60,536 nt of DNA from positions 1 through 60,536 of IMG/VR virus record IMGVR_UViG_3300044648_000299. One strand, written 5' to 3'. Shown piece by piece: positions 1-8,623 of the stretch (positions are counted from its first letter, which is position 1; every line of letters starts with the position of its first letter). The position numbers and the translations under genes are program-made. The DNA is from a virus. Its lineage: Duplodnaviria > Caudoviricetes. The notes under the pieces are model-generated. The model did no database searches. It was not told the DNA's origin and saw nothing but the letters and a program-made list of their open reading frames with translations.

Positions 1-127
1 TGGTGCTGGTGTGGGTGCGGCTGGTCGCGGTCGACGCGGTGTCGGCGACCCGCGGCGCGTACGAGCGGTACTACGTGCCCGGTGAGCCCCGCTGGCGGCA
101 CGTGATGTTCGGGTGGTCGCGGTGGCC
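1..127. repeat. Terminal direct repeat (assembly overlap), identical to 60410-60536; genome is circular or circularly permuted
   Basis: First 127 nt are identical to last 127 nt; the ORF from 60121 reads in frame across the junction into 3..269. Confidence 0.95.
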
Positions 128-269
128 GCGCGAGGGCGAGCCCCGCTCGCCGGTGCGGGCCACCGCGACCCGAACCGACCGTGAGCCGCCCCCTGCTCTT
201 CCTGCCGCGTCCAGCGGTCAGGCGGAAATTGAAAGTTCCACGATCGTCGTCAACTGGAGGACCCCGTGA
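3..269 (+). CDS. 3' part of a membrane protein that starts at 60121 and wraps the origin (about 185 aa), Spd/transfer-module protein
   Basis: In frame with ATG 60121; hydrophobic segment; GTGA overlap with next gene. Confidence 0.75.
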   Translation: MLVWVRLVAVDAVSATRGAYERYYVPGEPRWRHVMFGWSRWPREGEPRSPVRATATRTDREPPPALPAASSGQAEIESSTIVVNWRTP

Positions 270-583
270 GCACCCCCGAAACCACCACCACGACCGTCAC
301 CACCGGAGAAGGCGGCCTCGGCGCCTACCGCGCGTTCTGGCAGGGCATCGCCAGCACCGTGCAGCAGGGTGCCAGCTCCTGCGAGGCGACCATCGCCGAC
401 ATGAGCGGCCACGACTGGTCCGGCCCGCCCGTCGAGAACGGCAACCTCGCGATGGAGCTGCTGGGCAGGGCCGCCGACGCGGCCCTTGCGGCGGACGCGG
501 CGCTGGAGGAGTCGATGAAGGTCGCTGAGGCGTACGCCGCTGTGCCGTCCACCGGCGACAAGGAATCCGTCACCAACCTCTGA
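266..583 (+). CDS. Small helical protein with central W-S-G, WXG100-like / transfer accessory
   Basis: 105 aa, HDWSG at the midpoint, Ala-rich helices, GGAGG RBS, directly upstream of the FtsK-like ATPase. Confidence 0.6.
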   Translation: MSTPETTTTTVTTGEGGLGAYRAFWQGIASTVQQGASSCEATIADMSGHDWSGPPVENGNLAMELLGRAADAALAADAALEESMKVAEAYAAVPSTGDKESVTNL

Positions 584-689
584 CCCGAACCCTGCGCCTG
601 GACGAACCCGGTCCACACCCGCGTCACGGCGGAGCGCAGGGGCCACGCCTTGAAGCACCCACCTGCACCACCAGCGAGGAGTCAGCACC

Positions 690-2948
690 ATGACCGACCA
701 GGCGTCGACCACGATCGCGCGCTACGACGTGCCCGAGGGCGTGCTGGCACTGTCGAAGCGCGCCCGCACCGAACGATCCCTGGTGCTCCTGCCGGCCGGG
801 GCAGTCGGGGTGACGACGTACGCGGGCACGGCGCTGCACTCGCAGATGATGGCGGCGATGGCCGTGGGCGGCGCGGACATGCTCCTCGTGGGCGTCGGCG
901 CGGGCGCGGTCACCTCGACGGTGGCGACGGGCGCGGTGCTGCTGACGATGGCGAAGACCGGCACGTTCGAGGCGCTGCCAGCGCTGAAGCGTGTCCTGCT
1001 CGGATCGGCGGGCGCGGGTGCGGCGCTGGCGCTGTTCGGCGGGCACCCGTTGATCGTGGGCGGTTACTGGGTGGCGTCCGCGATCGGCGTGGGTCCGTGG
1101 ATGGCTCGGCGCGCGGCTGCGTGGCACGCGCTGCGGGGCGAGCTGAAGACGCTCCGTGAGCAGGTGCCGCCCGCCCTGCGCGCCGAGGAGGTCGTCGACA
1201 CCACGGACAGCGTCATCGACGGGGAGATCGTGTCCGATGACCCGCTGAACGTCGCCGAGTACGTGCAGCGGTGGGCCGCGGGGGTTGCCGTGCACCACCT
1301 GCCCGGCACGCACCTCACCACGCCGCGCCTGCACGCGGAGGGCCGGATCTCGTTCGTCGTGCAGTCCGGGCCCAAGGGGGTGACGTTGGAGGCTGCCAAC
1401 ACCGCCCGTTCCAAGATCGTCGGCACGTTGAAGCTCGCCCTGCCCGGACCGGACACCGGTGGGCAGGACATCGTGTTCGACCAGCCCACCGACGGCACGC
1501 TGATCGACCGCTCCCAGCTCCGCGCGCAGATCATCAACCTCAACGCCTCGACCGCGGTCAGTCGCCGCGTCACCGCCACCCTCGCCTCTGCCGAGGACAA
1601 CCCGTTCCGGGTCCGCATCGGCGGTTACCTCGACGACGGCTCCGACGCCCACTGGGATCACGCCGATCGCGACGGAGCCTGGTCCGGGGCGATCGTCGCC
1701 GGGACGGGCATGGGCAAGTCCAGTCTCGTGGACGCGCTGGCCTACGGGTCGAAGAAGCTGGGGTTCCAGATCGCGTTCCTGGACCCGCAGCGTGGCGCGT
1801 CGTCGCCGGTGCTGGTCGAGCACGCCGACTACCTGGGGCTCGGAGAGGAGGCGTCGGCACCGATGCTGCGATGGCTGGAGGCCGCCGCTGACCTGCGAGA
1901 GACCTGGATGGCAGCCCACCGCGTCGGGAAGATCACGTGGTGGACGACCGCGCCGTGCCTGCCCGGCGGGGAGCACCCGAACCCGAACTGCCCGTGCGGC
2001 GGAGTCGTCCCACCCGGCATCGACGCCTACATCGAGGAGTGCGATCAGGTGTTCGCGGCGCTGCTGCCCGGCACGAACGTTCGGCTCGGTGTGCCCTACG
2101 GGGCGCTGGCCAAGCGGATCCGCAAGCTCAACATGAAGATCACGGCGGTGACGCAGAATCCTGAGCAGAAGACGTTCGGCGGGTCGGAGCAGCTGCGGTC
2201 GAACCTACCGGTGCGCAACCTCCTGGCGATGCACGTGTCCAGCAACATCTCCGGCACCCTCATCCCCGGTCTGCCCTACAACCCGAAGCTCCTGCCGAAG
2301 ATTTCCGGGCGCGGCTTGATGTGCGGGCAGGGCTCGCGGGTTATGGAGGTGGTGCTGGACTGGGCGCCGCGCCGCGAGGATGCCGAGAAGGCGGGTGACG
2401 GGCCGTTCGTGGAGGACCTGTTCGAGGCGCTGCCGCCGTCGCAGCTGTACGAGCCGGACCGGCTGGCGGCGGTGGAGCACCTGCCTGCTGCGGGTGCGGA
2501 CGCGGCGCAGGTGTCGCAGCGCGCAGCGGAAGAGCGACTGGCGGCGCTGATGGCCGGCGCGACGCCGGTGGCCACGCCGTCAGCTCCAGCTGCGGCGTCG
2601 CTGCCGTCGCCGGTGATGTCGTGGCCGGCGCCGGTGCGGACGCCGAGCGTGGAGGCGCTGGCGGCCGTGCCGTCCAACGCCGAGGAGTTGCAGGCGGCAC
2701 TGGACGACGCAGTCGACCTGGTGGGCCGGGTGCGGGCGGCGGTGCGCGGCGTGCCGGACGAGCAGTGGCTGACGGCGGGCGAGCTGGCCCGGCGCATCGG
2801 CTGGGTGCCGCAGGACGCGGACACCGCGGTGCTGCGAGCACGAGCCCGTGAACTGGCGGCCGGGCTGGCGGGGGCGGGCGTGGAGTTCGTGAAGCGCGAG
2901 GCCGGCATGTCGGTGCGGGCGGGCCAGTTGCGGGCCGCGTGGTCGTGA
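690..2948 (+). CDS. traB: FtsK/SpoIIIE-family TraB-like DNA translocase
   Basis: N-terminal TM segments; Walker A AGTGMGKS; LDPQRG; Walker B AYIEECD; AVTQNP; Pro/Ala linker; C-terminal wHTH-like WLTAGELARRIGW; GAGGAG RBS. Confidence 0.8.
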   Translation: MTDQASTTIARYDVPEGVLALSKRARTERSLVLLPAGAVGVTTYAGTALHSQMMAAMAVGGADMLLVGVGAGAVTSTVATGAVLLTMAKTGTFEALPALKRVLLGSAGAGAALALFGGHPLIVGGYWVASAIGVGPWMARRAAAWHALRGELKTLREQVPPALRAEEVVDTTDSVIDGEIVSDDPLNVAEYVQRWAAGVAVHHLPGTHLTTPRLHAEGRISFVVQSGPKGVTLEAANTARSKIVGTLKLALPGPDTGGQDIVFDQPTDGTLIDRSQLRAQIINLNASTAVSRRVTATLASAEDNPFRVRIGGYLDDGSDAHWDHADRDGAWSGAIVAGTGMGKSSLVDALAYGSKKLGFQIAFLDPQRGASSPVLVEHADYLGLGEEASAPMLRWLEAAADLRETWMAAHRVGKITWWTTAPCLPGGEHPNPNCPCGGVVPPGIDAYIEECDQVFAALLPGTNVRLGVPYGALAKRIRKLNMKITAVTQNPEQKTFGGSEQLRSNLPVRNLLAMHVSSNISGTLIPGLPYNPKLLPKISGRGLMCGQGSRVMEVVLDWAPRREDAEKAGDGPFVEDLFEALPPSQLYEPDRLAAVEHLPAAGADAAQVSQRAAEERLAALMAGATPVATPSAPAAASLPSPVMSWPAPVRTPSVEALAAVPSNAEELQAALDDAVDLVGRVRAAVRGVPDEQWLTAGELARRIGWVPQDADTAVLRARARELAAGLAGAGVEFVKREAGMSVRAGQLRAAWS

Positions 2949-2981
2949 CCGCACCCCCACGGCGACTACGGATCGTCACGA

Positions 2982-3011
2982 AAGCCCCTTCCGGTGTCCC
3001 GGAAGGGGCTT
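2982..3011. terminator. Hairpin after traB
   Basis: AAGCCCCTTCCGG-TGTC-CCGGAAGGGGCTT, perfect 13-bp stem. Confidence 0.7.
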
Positions 3012-3017
3012 CGCCGT

Positions 3018-3222
3018 GTGTTGCAGGACCACCCGTGTCGTGTTGCAGGAGCCTGCAAGACGGCTGCAACACCACCTGCAACACCGTCAAGGCTGTGACC
3101 TGCGAAAACACGGCCAAATCGGGTAGGCTGCAAGACCTGCAACAGCCCGCGCAGACACACCGTTCCGCCCCGGTCACCTGCGGAAACACCCCGGAGACCG
3201 TGTCCGGCCCTCGTGTTGCAGG
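3018..3222. repeat. Array of (C/G)CTGCAA(C/G)A(C/G) motifs in both orientations, candidate cis-acting transfer or protein-binding locus
   Basis: Reverse copies at 3018, 3040, 3213; forward copies at 3052, 3063, 3075, 3127, 3136; two GT(G/C)ACCTGCG(A/G)AAACAC at 3095 and 3173. Confidence 0.8.
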
Positions 3223-3277
3223 AACACCGCCCACCACCCCACCCGCCGTGTACTCACAGTGAGATCGGAGGCCGTTC

Positions 3278-3799
3278 GTGCAGGCCACCCAGACCGACCA
3301 GTCCGGCGCTCTCGCGCTCGTCATCCTCCTCGTGGCGTTCGTGGTGTGGCGGTTCCGCACCACCGACGAGCGCCCCGCCCCGACCGGGGTCCGCCCCGAC
3401 GACGCGGCCGTCCCCGCTCCGGCCGCGCCCGCGGCGGCACCCGAACTGCGGGAGGTGGACTTCGTCCTCGCCCGCTGCGGACACCACGACCACCACCCCG
3501 GCCACGTCCCCACCGCGCCGATCCGGAAACGCACCGCGGGAATGGACGTGCGGGACATGCGGAAGAACGGGTGGGGATCGAACGACCGGATCACCCTGTG
3601 CTATTCCCACAATCTGCTCGGTTCGCAATTGCGGAACGTGCTGTTCGAGTGCGACCGGGGATGCGGTACCCGTGGGGATCTCGACGTCGGAGACGTTGAC
3701 GTGGGGATCGGGGACCTGCGGTACCGGGGATGGCGCAACGACGGGGATCTCCTCGTGTGCCCGTACTGCGCGGGGACCAGGTCCCGGCGCTGGAGGTAG
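3278..3799 (+). CDS. Membrane-anchored protein with Cys/His (Zn-finger-like) motifs
   Basis: GGAGG RBS; N-terminal TM helix; CGHH, CDRGC, CPYC. Confidence 0.65.
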   Translation: MQATQTDQSGALALVILLVAFVVWRFRTTDERPAPTGVRPDDAAVPAPAAPAAAPELREVDFVLARCGHHDHHPGHVPTAPIRKRTAGMDVRDMRKNGWGSNDRITLCYSHNLLGSQLRNVLFECDRGCGTRGDLDVGDVDVGIGDLRYRGWRNDGDLLVCPYCAGTRSRRWR

Positions 3800-4549
3800 G
3801 TCCCCAGATCCCCACGGGAACGGATCCCCACGGGGATATCCCCGCTGGAGTGGCAGGTCCCCACCGGGGCGGTCCCCACGGTCAGGTCCCCACCAAGCAC
3901 GGAAGATCCCCAGATCCCCAGATCCCCAGATCCCCACGGAGGTGGTCCCCATGATGGGAAGAACCCACGCGCTCACCGGCCTGTGCGCCGGCCTCGCCCT
4001 GGCACCGGTCGCGGTCGACACCGCAGCGCAGGCCGTGGTCCTGTCGGGAGTGACGGCGGGGTTCGCGCTGCTCCCGGACCTAGACCATCCTGGTGCGCGG
4101 GCGTCGCGGCTGCTGGGTCCGGTGACGGGCGGACTGTCGACGGCGCTGCGGGCGGGAAGCCGGTGGCTGTACGCGAGAACGCGGGGTCCCCGCGACGAGC
4201 GGCATCGTGGGGAGCATCGGCACGCCACGCACACGCTGCTGTTCGCGGTCCTCGTGGGGATCCTCGTCGCCGCGGGGACGAGGGGACTGGGGATGTGGTT
4301 CGTGCTGGGGACCGTGGTGCTGGGGACCGCGCTGGCGAGGGATGCACTTGGGGACTGGGTGCTTCCGGTGGTGGGGATCGCGGGGATCGCGGTGTGGGGA
4401 TCGGCCGGTGGGGATCTCCCTGGGGAGCTGGCGGGGATCGGGGTGTGGTTGGGGATCGCGGCGGGGACCGGGTGTTTCGTGCACTGCTTGGGGGATGCGG
4501 TGACGTTGTCGGGGTGCCCGTTTCTGTTTCCGTTACGGATTCGTGGGGA
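3573..4549. repeat. Polarised GGGGA motif cluster (about 40 copies by hand count) including tandem (AGATCCCC)x4 at 3904-3935
   Basis: 8 forward copies at 3573-3778, 12 reverse at 3799-3950, 18 forward at 4209-4549; copies occur in different codon frames. Confidence 0.85.
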
Positions 4550-4682
4550 GACGTGGTTCGAGATTCGGCCGCCGCGTGTTCTTCGTTTCCGGACGGGTGG
4601 GGTTGTGGAGCATCGGGTGGTGTTTCCGGTGTTTGTGGTGATCGCATTTTTGTTGGTGTTTCAGGTGCCGCTGGTTGCGTGA
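3951..4682 (+). CDS. Membrane-bound metal-dependent hydrolase (YdjM-like)
   Basis: MMGRTH, LLPDLDHP, HRHATHT, HCLGD..T.SG.PFLFP motifs; multiple TM helices; GGAGG RBS. Confidence 0.85.
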   Translation: MMGRTHALTGLCAGLALAPVAVDTAAQAVVLSGVTAGFALLPDLDHPGARASRLLGPVTGGLSTALRAGSRWLYARTRGPRDERHRGEHRHATHTLLFAVLVGILVAAGTRGLGMWFVLGTVVLGTALARDALGDWVLPVVGIAGIAVWGSAGGDLPGELAGIGVWLGIAAGTGCFVHCLGDAVTLSGCPFLFPLRIRGETWFEIRPPRVLRFRTGGVVEHRVVFPVFVVIAFLLVFQVPLVA

Positions 4683-4694
4683 CCTCGGCACGAC

Positions 4695-4722
4695 GAAGGC
4701 CCCCACCGTGGTGGGGGCCTTC
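4695..4722. terminator. Bidirectional terminator between convergent operons
   Basis: GAAGGCCCCCAC-CGTG-GTGGGGGCCTTC hairpin. Confidence 0.8.
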
Positions 4723-4749
4723 TCGCTGTCCCGGTCCGGCGCGGCGGGG

Positions 4750-5118
4750 CTACCAGGTGTCGGGGATGCGGACGACGTTGACGTTGGGGACGCCGGCGGC
4801 GCGGAGGGTGGCGGCGTAGTCGTCGAGCAGCGCCTGCGTCGCGGTGGCGCAGCCGTGCGGGCTGCACTCGAAGATCGTGAAGTTCAGCAGGCCGCCCCAG
4901 GTCACCCAGTCGTCCTTCGCGCCTCGCCGCCACGTGTCGGCGAGCTGGGCGAGTTCGGGGAGCCGGTCGAGCATGTCCTGGATCTTGGCGTGGGCCTGGT
5001 CGCGGTCGAGCGTGGTCTCCTCGCTCATCATCGACTCGGCCCGCGCGTCCTCTGGGACGAGGGTGATGGTGGCGTAGTGCCAGTGCTGCGGGGTGCTCAT
5101 GGCGTTCTGCTTTCTCAT
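4750..5118 (-). CDS. Hypothetical protein (alternative start 5100)
   Basis: 3' end of the long track ORF has normal composition; ATGA overlap with upstream gene. Confidence 0.65.
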   Translation of the reverse strand: MRKQNAMSTPQHWHYATITLVPEDARAESMMSEETTLDRDQAHAKIQDMLDRLPELAQLADTWRRGAKDDWVTWGGLLNFTIFECSPHGCATATQALLDDYAATLRAAGVPNVNVVRIPDTW

Positions 5119-5690
5119 CGGCTGCGGGCGTAGCCCTCGATGGCGGTGCGGGACCAGCGGGGCGTGCGGCCGACGTAGTGGGCGATGCCGGGCCAGCCCG
5201 CCGGGGGGTTCTTCGTGTAGTTGTAGAGGGTCGCCTTGCTGATCGGCCGCCCGAGGGTGCGCAGCAGGTCGAGGACCTGTTCGCGGGTGATGTAGTCGGT
5301 GTCGTCGACCAGCGCGTCGTCGTCGAGGTCCAGGTCGAGGTGGGCGGGCGCGATCGGCCGGTAGCCCAGGGGCAGCGCCGCGGCGTGCTCCTCCAGCAGG
5401 CTGGCCAGCGTCCACGGGCGGGCGTCGGGCCTGCGGCGGGGCCAGACCATGCGGTTGGCCCAGATGGTGCGGTGGGGGCGGTCCAGGGCGTCGGGGGTGT
5501 GCCAGACGGCCGCGGTCTCGGGGTCGATGCCCATCTCGCGGATGGTGCGCACCGACTCCAGGTGCAGCGAGCAGGGGGTGTGCAGGTCGTTGGCCGACCA
5601 GATGCGGGCGATGGCGGCGGCGGTGGGGCTGAGGTCGTCGAGTTCGACGTGTTCGACGCCTCGGGGGGTTTCGATGGGCACGGTGGGCAT
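5115..5690 (-). CDS. Protein with C-terminal AlpA/MerR-like HTH
   Basis: YITREQV...ISKATLYNY...GRTPRWSRTAI pattern. Confidence 0.65.
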   Translation of the reverse strand: MPTVPIETPRGVEHVELDDLSPTAAAIARIWSANDLHTPCSLHLESVRTIREMGIDPETAAVWHTPDALDRPHRTIWANRMVWPRRRPDARPWTLASLLEEHAAALPLGYRPIAPAHLDLDLDDDALVDDTDYITREQVLDLLRTLGRPISKATLYNYTKNPPAGWPGIAHYVGRTPRWSRTAIEGYARSR

Positions 5691-5729
5691 GGCGGTGTCC
5701 TCGCAGATCGTGGAAGCGGTGGGTGGTGG

Positions 5730-6341
5730 TCAGCCGAAGCAGTGCTCCATCGGGTCGTGGTCCGCGCAGCGGGAGCAGACGCGGCCCAGGATTCCGGAGC
5801 CGTCGGGGACGCTGGTCAGCTCGTCGCTGTAGCGGCTGCACGAGGCGCACCGGCCGCCGCTCGGGCGGTCGGAGTCGTGCATCGGGCGTTCGGCGCGGAC
5901 CCGGGTGAACTCGGCGACGCTGTAGGGCACGGCCGCGTCGGGGAAGGAGCGCAGCACACGGCCGACTCTGACGGTCTCGGTGGTGCCGTCGCGCTTGGTG
6001 ACGGTGACGGGGCTGTAGGTGCGCAGGTCGGCGAGGGGGCCGACGACGAGCCACTGTCCCTGGATGTTGGTGAACAGGGTTTTTCCGGCGCGGACCTGTT
6101 CGTGCATCTCCTGCTTGCGTGCTGCGGTTTCCTGCTGCGTGGCCGCCTTCTTGGTCTCGGCGGCGCGGGTCTGCTCCAGGGTGCTGGCGAGGTCGTTGGC
6201 CGCGGATTGGGCGGCGCGGTTGCAGGCGACGGGGTTGCCCGCGATGGTGATGATGCGGTCGTGGGCGGCGAGGAGCTGTTCGCGGGTGCCGCCGGCGGCG
6301 ATGACGCGGGTGAGGGTGGGGGTGAGGTCGTACTGGGCCAT
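5730..6341 (-). CDS. Hypothetical protein, C-terminal Cys (Zn) motif
   Basis: GAGGAG RBS before MAQY; CASC...CSRC. Confidence 0.7.
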   Translation of the reverse strand: MAQYDLTPTLTRVIAAGGTREQLLAAHDRIITIAGNPVACNRAAQSAANDLASTLEQTRAAETKKAATQQETAARKQEMHEQVRAGKTLFTNIQGQWLVVGPLADLRTYSPVTVTKRDGTTETVRVGRVLRSFPDAAVPYSVAEFTRVRAERPMHDSDRPSGGRCASCSRYSDELTSVPDGSGILGRVCSRCADHDPMEHCFG

Positions 6342-6375
6342 CGTGGGCTCCTCGTGTTGTTGACCTGTTGCACAC

Positions 6376-6410
6376 ATCGTATGAGTTCAACTCATGTGAT
6401 GTCAACTCAC
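6376..6410 (-). promoter_or_regulatory. SigA-type promoter with palindromic operator
   Basis: Minus strand TTGACA-18 nt-TACGAT; palindrome ATGAGTT-N-AACTCAT at 6381-6395 in the spacer. Confidence 0.8.
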
Positions 6411-6488
6411 GCGATTGGGCAACATCTGGACAGCAGAGCGCCCCGGCCGCGTCGAAGACGACCGGGGCGCAGACCAGCAACGGCGAAC

Positions 6489-7028
6489 TCAGCGGCGCCG
6501 GGCAACCGCGACGAGCACCGCGGCGGACAGCACGGCCAGCGCCCGGTGCGCGGCGTCGTCCAGCACCATCCACGCCGTGCCCGGCCCCACCGTCCCCGCA
6601 GGCTCGCCGGGCTGCCGCACGACCGTCCCGAAGTCCACGTACCCCTGCTTGCGCGTGAGCCGGACGAACGCCCGCATCAGCGGACCCCGGTCCAGGGCGG
6701 CGTGCGTGATCACGTTGACCGCGCTGGCCGCGAGCACCGCCCCCGCGGGCACACGGAGCCCGCACAGCCGGGCTAGCGCGAGGAACCCGCCGAAGTTCAA
6801 TGCCTCGTGGGTGATCGCGTGGCGACCGGCGGAGATCCACGCTCTGGTGTCGCGGGTGACGGCCCACCTGCTCGGGGTGGGCTGGCCGGTCCAGGGGTGG
6901 ACCAGGTCGCGGCCGGTGTTGCGCTTGTCGAGGGCGTCGTCGGAGCGCTGGCACCAGTTGTCGCAGGCGGGGTGCAGCGCCTCGAAGGTCGCGATGCGGA
7001 GGGCGAGGAGTGCGGCGGGGTGGTCCAT
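6489..7028 (-). CDS. DUF3307-like membrane protein
   Basis: H..xD(N)W.Q, HAITH, THAALDR, LDDAAH motifs with hydrophobic stretches. Confidence 0.65.
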   Translation of the reverse strand: MDHPAALLALRIATFEALHPACDNWCQRSDDALDKRNTGRDLVHPWTGQPTPSRWAVTRDTRAWISAGRHAITHEALNFGGFLALARLCGLRVPAGAVLAASAVNVITHAALDRGPLMRAFVRLTRKQGYVDFGTVVRQPGEPAGTVGPGTAWMVLDDAAHRALAVLSAAVLVAVARRR

Positions 7029-7111
7029 GCTGGGTGTGCTCCGATCCGTGGGTTTGGGGCGGGCTGGCCCGGCGGGTGGCTGTGGAGGCGGACCCGCCGG
7101 GCCAGGCGGGG

Positions 7112-7447
7112 TCAAGCCGGGCGGGTGTCTCTCCAGCCGCGGGAGTAGACCTTGGCGAGCTTCGCGGCGATCACGGCTTCGAGGTCGATCTTCATCTCGG
7201 CGGCGGTGACGAACGCGGTGATGACGACGTCGGCGAGTTCGTCGTGCATCTCCTCGGCGGTGCCGACGCGGCGGGCCTGCCCGGTGTAGCGGCGGTAGGC
7301 GCCGACGAACTCCCCGACTTCCTCGGCAAGGTTGAGGACCTGGCGCTGCACGGCGGTGTCCGGGTCGAAGCCGGCGTCGCGGAGCTTCCAGGTGATGTCC
7401 TCGGCGATGTCGGGCAGGGACGCGAGGGTGGTCGGGTTGGCGGTCAC
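7112..7447 (-). CDS. mazG: MazG-like nucleotide pyrophosphohydrolase
   Basis: LAEEVGEF...DELADV motif. Confidence 0.85.
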   Translation of the reverse strand: MTANPTTLASLPDIAEDITWKLRDAGFDPDTAVQRQVLNLAEEVGEFVGAYRRYTGQARRVGTAEEMHDELADVVITAFVTAAEMKIDLEAVIAAKLAKVYSRGWRDTRPA

Positions 7448-7644
7448 GGGTTGAGTCCTTCCTCGGGGCGGAGGCCGAGTGCGTCGAGCAACAGGGCCAG
7501 GTCGGCGGCGTCGCGGGCGTGGTTTCCGGCGATGGCCCGCACAGCCCGGCGGCGCTGTGCGGGTGCGACGCGGCCCTGCTGCTCGGTGAGCGGCACGGGC
7601 CGGGCGGTGACGCTGCCGCGGCCAGCAGCGAGATCCGCGCCCAT
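7444..7644 (-). CDS. Small hypothetical protein
   Basis: Stop/start coupled to both neighbours. Confidence 0.6.
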   Translation of the reverse strand: MGADLAAGRGSVTARPVPLTEQQGRVAPAQRRRAVRAIAGNHARDAADLALLLDALGLRPEEGLNP

Positions 7645-8084
7645 CACGCCACCTCCACCAGCAGCCACAGCCCGCACGCCGGCGGCGGCAGGATCTCCGG
7701 CATCCGCTTCGTCATGTGCTCCGGCGTGTCATCCGGCACCAGGTGCAGGCCGGGCAAGTCCTTCCGGCCGCGGGCCAACGCGTCGCACATGACCTTCTGG
7801 AGCGCGACGAGGTTGTCCACGTCCGCCCGGCGCCGGTCGCCGGGTGCCCACAGGAGCTGCACGGTGATGTGCTCGCCGGCGGGGATGCGGCCAAGGCGGG
7901 CGAGGAGCACGACGTCCTCGATGACCTGCTTCACGGCGCGGTGGCGGATGGCCCAGTGGCCGGGTCGGGCGTTGCCGCGGAGGGTGTCCCACACGAGGCG
8001 CTTGCGCTTGCCCCGGACGATCTCCCACGCGGTGTCGTAGCGGGGCAGGTTGAGCCGGTAGGTCTGGCCAGTTGAGGGGATCAC
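7644..8084 (-). CDS. rusA: RusA-like Holliday junction resolvase
   Basis: RRRADVDNL...K...DAL...PDD motif; GTGA-coupled start. Confidence 0.8.
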   Translation of the reverse strand: MIPSTGQTYRLNLPRYDTAWEIVRGKRKRLVWDTLRGNARPGHWAIRHRAVKQVIEDVVLLARLGRIPAGEHITVQLLWAPGDRRRADVDNLVALQKVMCDALARGRKDLPGLHLVPDDTPEHMTKRMPEILPPPACGLWLLVEVA

Positions 8085-8623
8085 AGGCCCTCCCCGGTGG
8101 CGGCGGGTGAAGACGAGTGCGGCAGCGACGCGAACTCGCGGCCGAGCACGCTGTCCTTCTCGCGGGCGATGTCGTGCTGCTCGACGGTCCAGGTCGCCCA
8201 CTTCCTGAGTTGGCGGGCGCGGGTGTGCAGGAGCTGGCGGGCCTCGAAGCTGAGGATGGGGGTGGGCAGGTTGGCGAGCCGGTCGAGCTCGTCTGCGATG
8301 GCGGCCCAGACCGGTGCGAGGGGGTGCAGGTCCTCAGCAGCGGGGAGGTCTTGCGGTTCCGGGGCCGGGCCGGGACCGGGGTGGACGAGCACGGCCACCG
8401 CGGCGTTCCACGCGGCCACCACGTCGCGCCCCAGCAGGTGGCGCCACCCCTCGCGGCGGGACCTCTCTTCTGTGGCGCGCAGCCACAGCGACAGCGGCTC
8501 CCGCAGCGCCTCGGGTTGCATTGCGCTCAGGTCGTGCACGGCTTCGAGCAGCACGGCCCGGAACCGCTCGACGGTGACGCCGCTCATATCGGAGTCGACG
8601 CGGGGGTACAGGTCGTCAGCCAC
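8081..8623 (-). CDS. Hypothetical protein
   Basis: Coupled in operon, GGAGG RBS. Confidence 0.65.
   Translation of the reverse strand: MADDLYPRVDSDMSGVTVERFRAVLLEAVHDLSAMQPEALREPLSLWLRATEERSRREGWRHLLGRDVVAAWNAAVAVLVHPGPGPAPEPQDLPAAEDLHPLAPVWAAIADELDRLANLPTPILSFEARQLLHTRARQLRKWATWTVEQHDIAREKDSVLGREFASLPHSSSPAATGEGL

Noticed and set aside
266-2948. Complete type VII secretion system
   Set aside because: Single ATPase domain; no EccB/D/E or mycosin recognisable
3018-3950. CRISPR array
   Set aside because: Repeats are 5-10 bp, mixed in orientation and lack regular unique spacers; no cas genes
4750-6954. Long track ORFs such as 734 aa here, 792 aa at 47610-49988, 532 aa at 5178-6776
   Set aside because: Arg/Pro-rich shadow frames typical of high-GC DNA, overlapping better-supported genes
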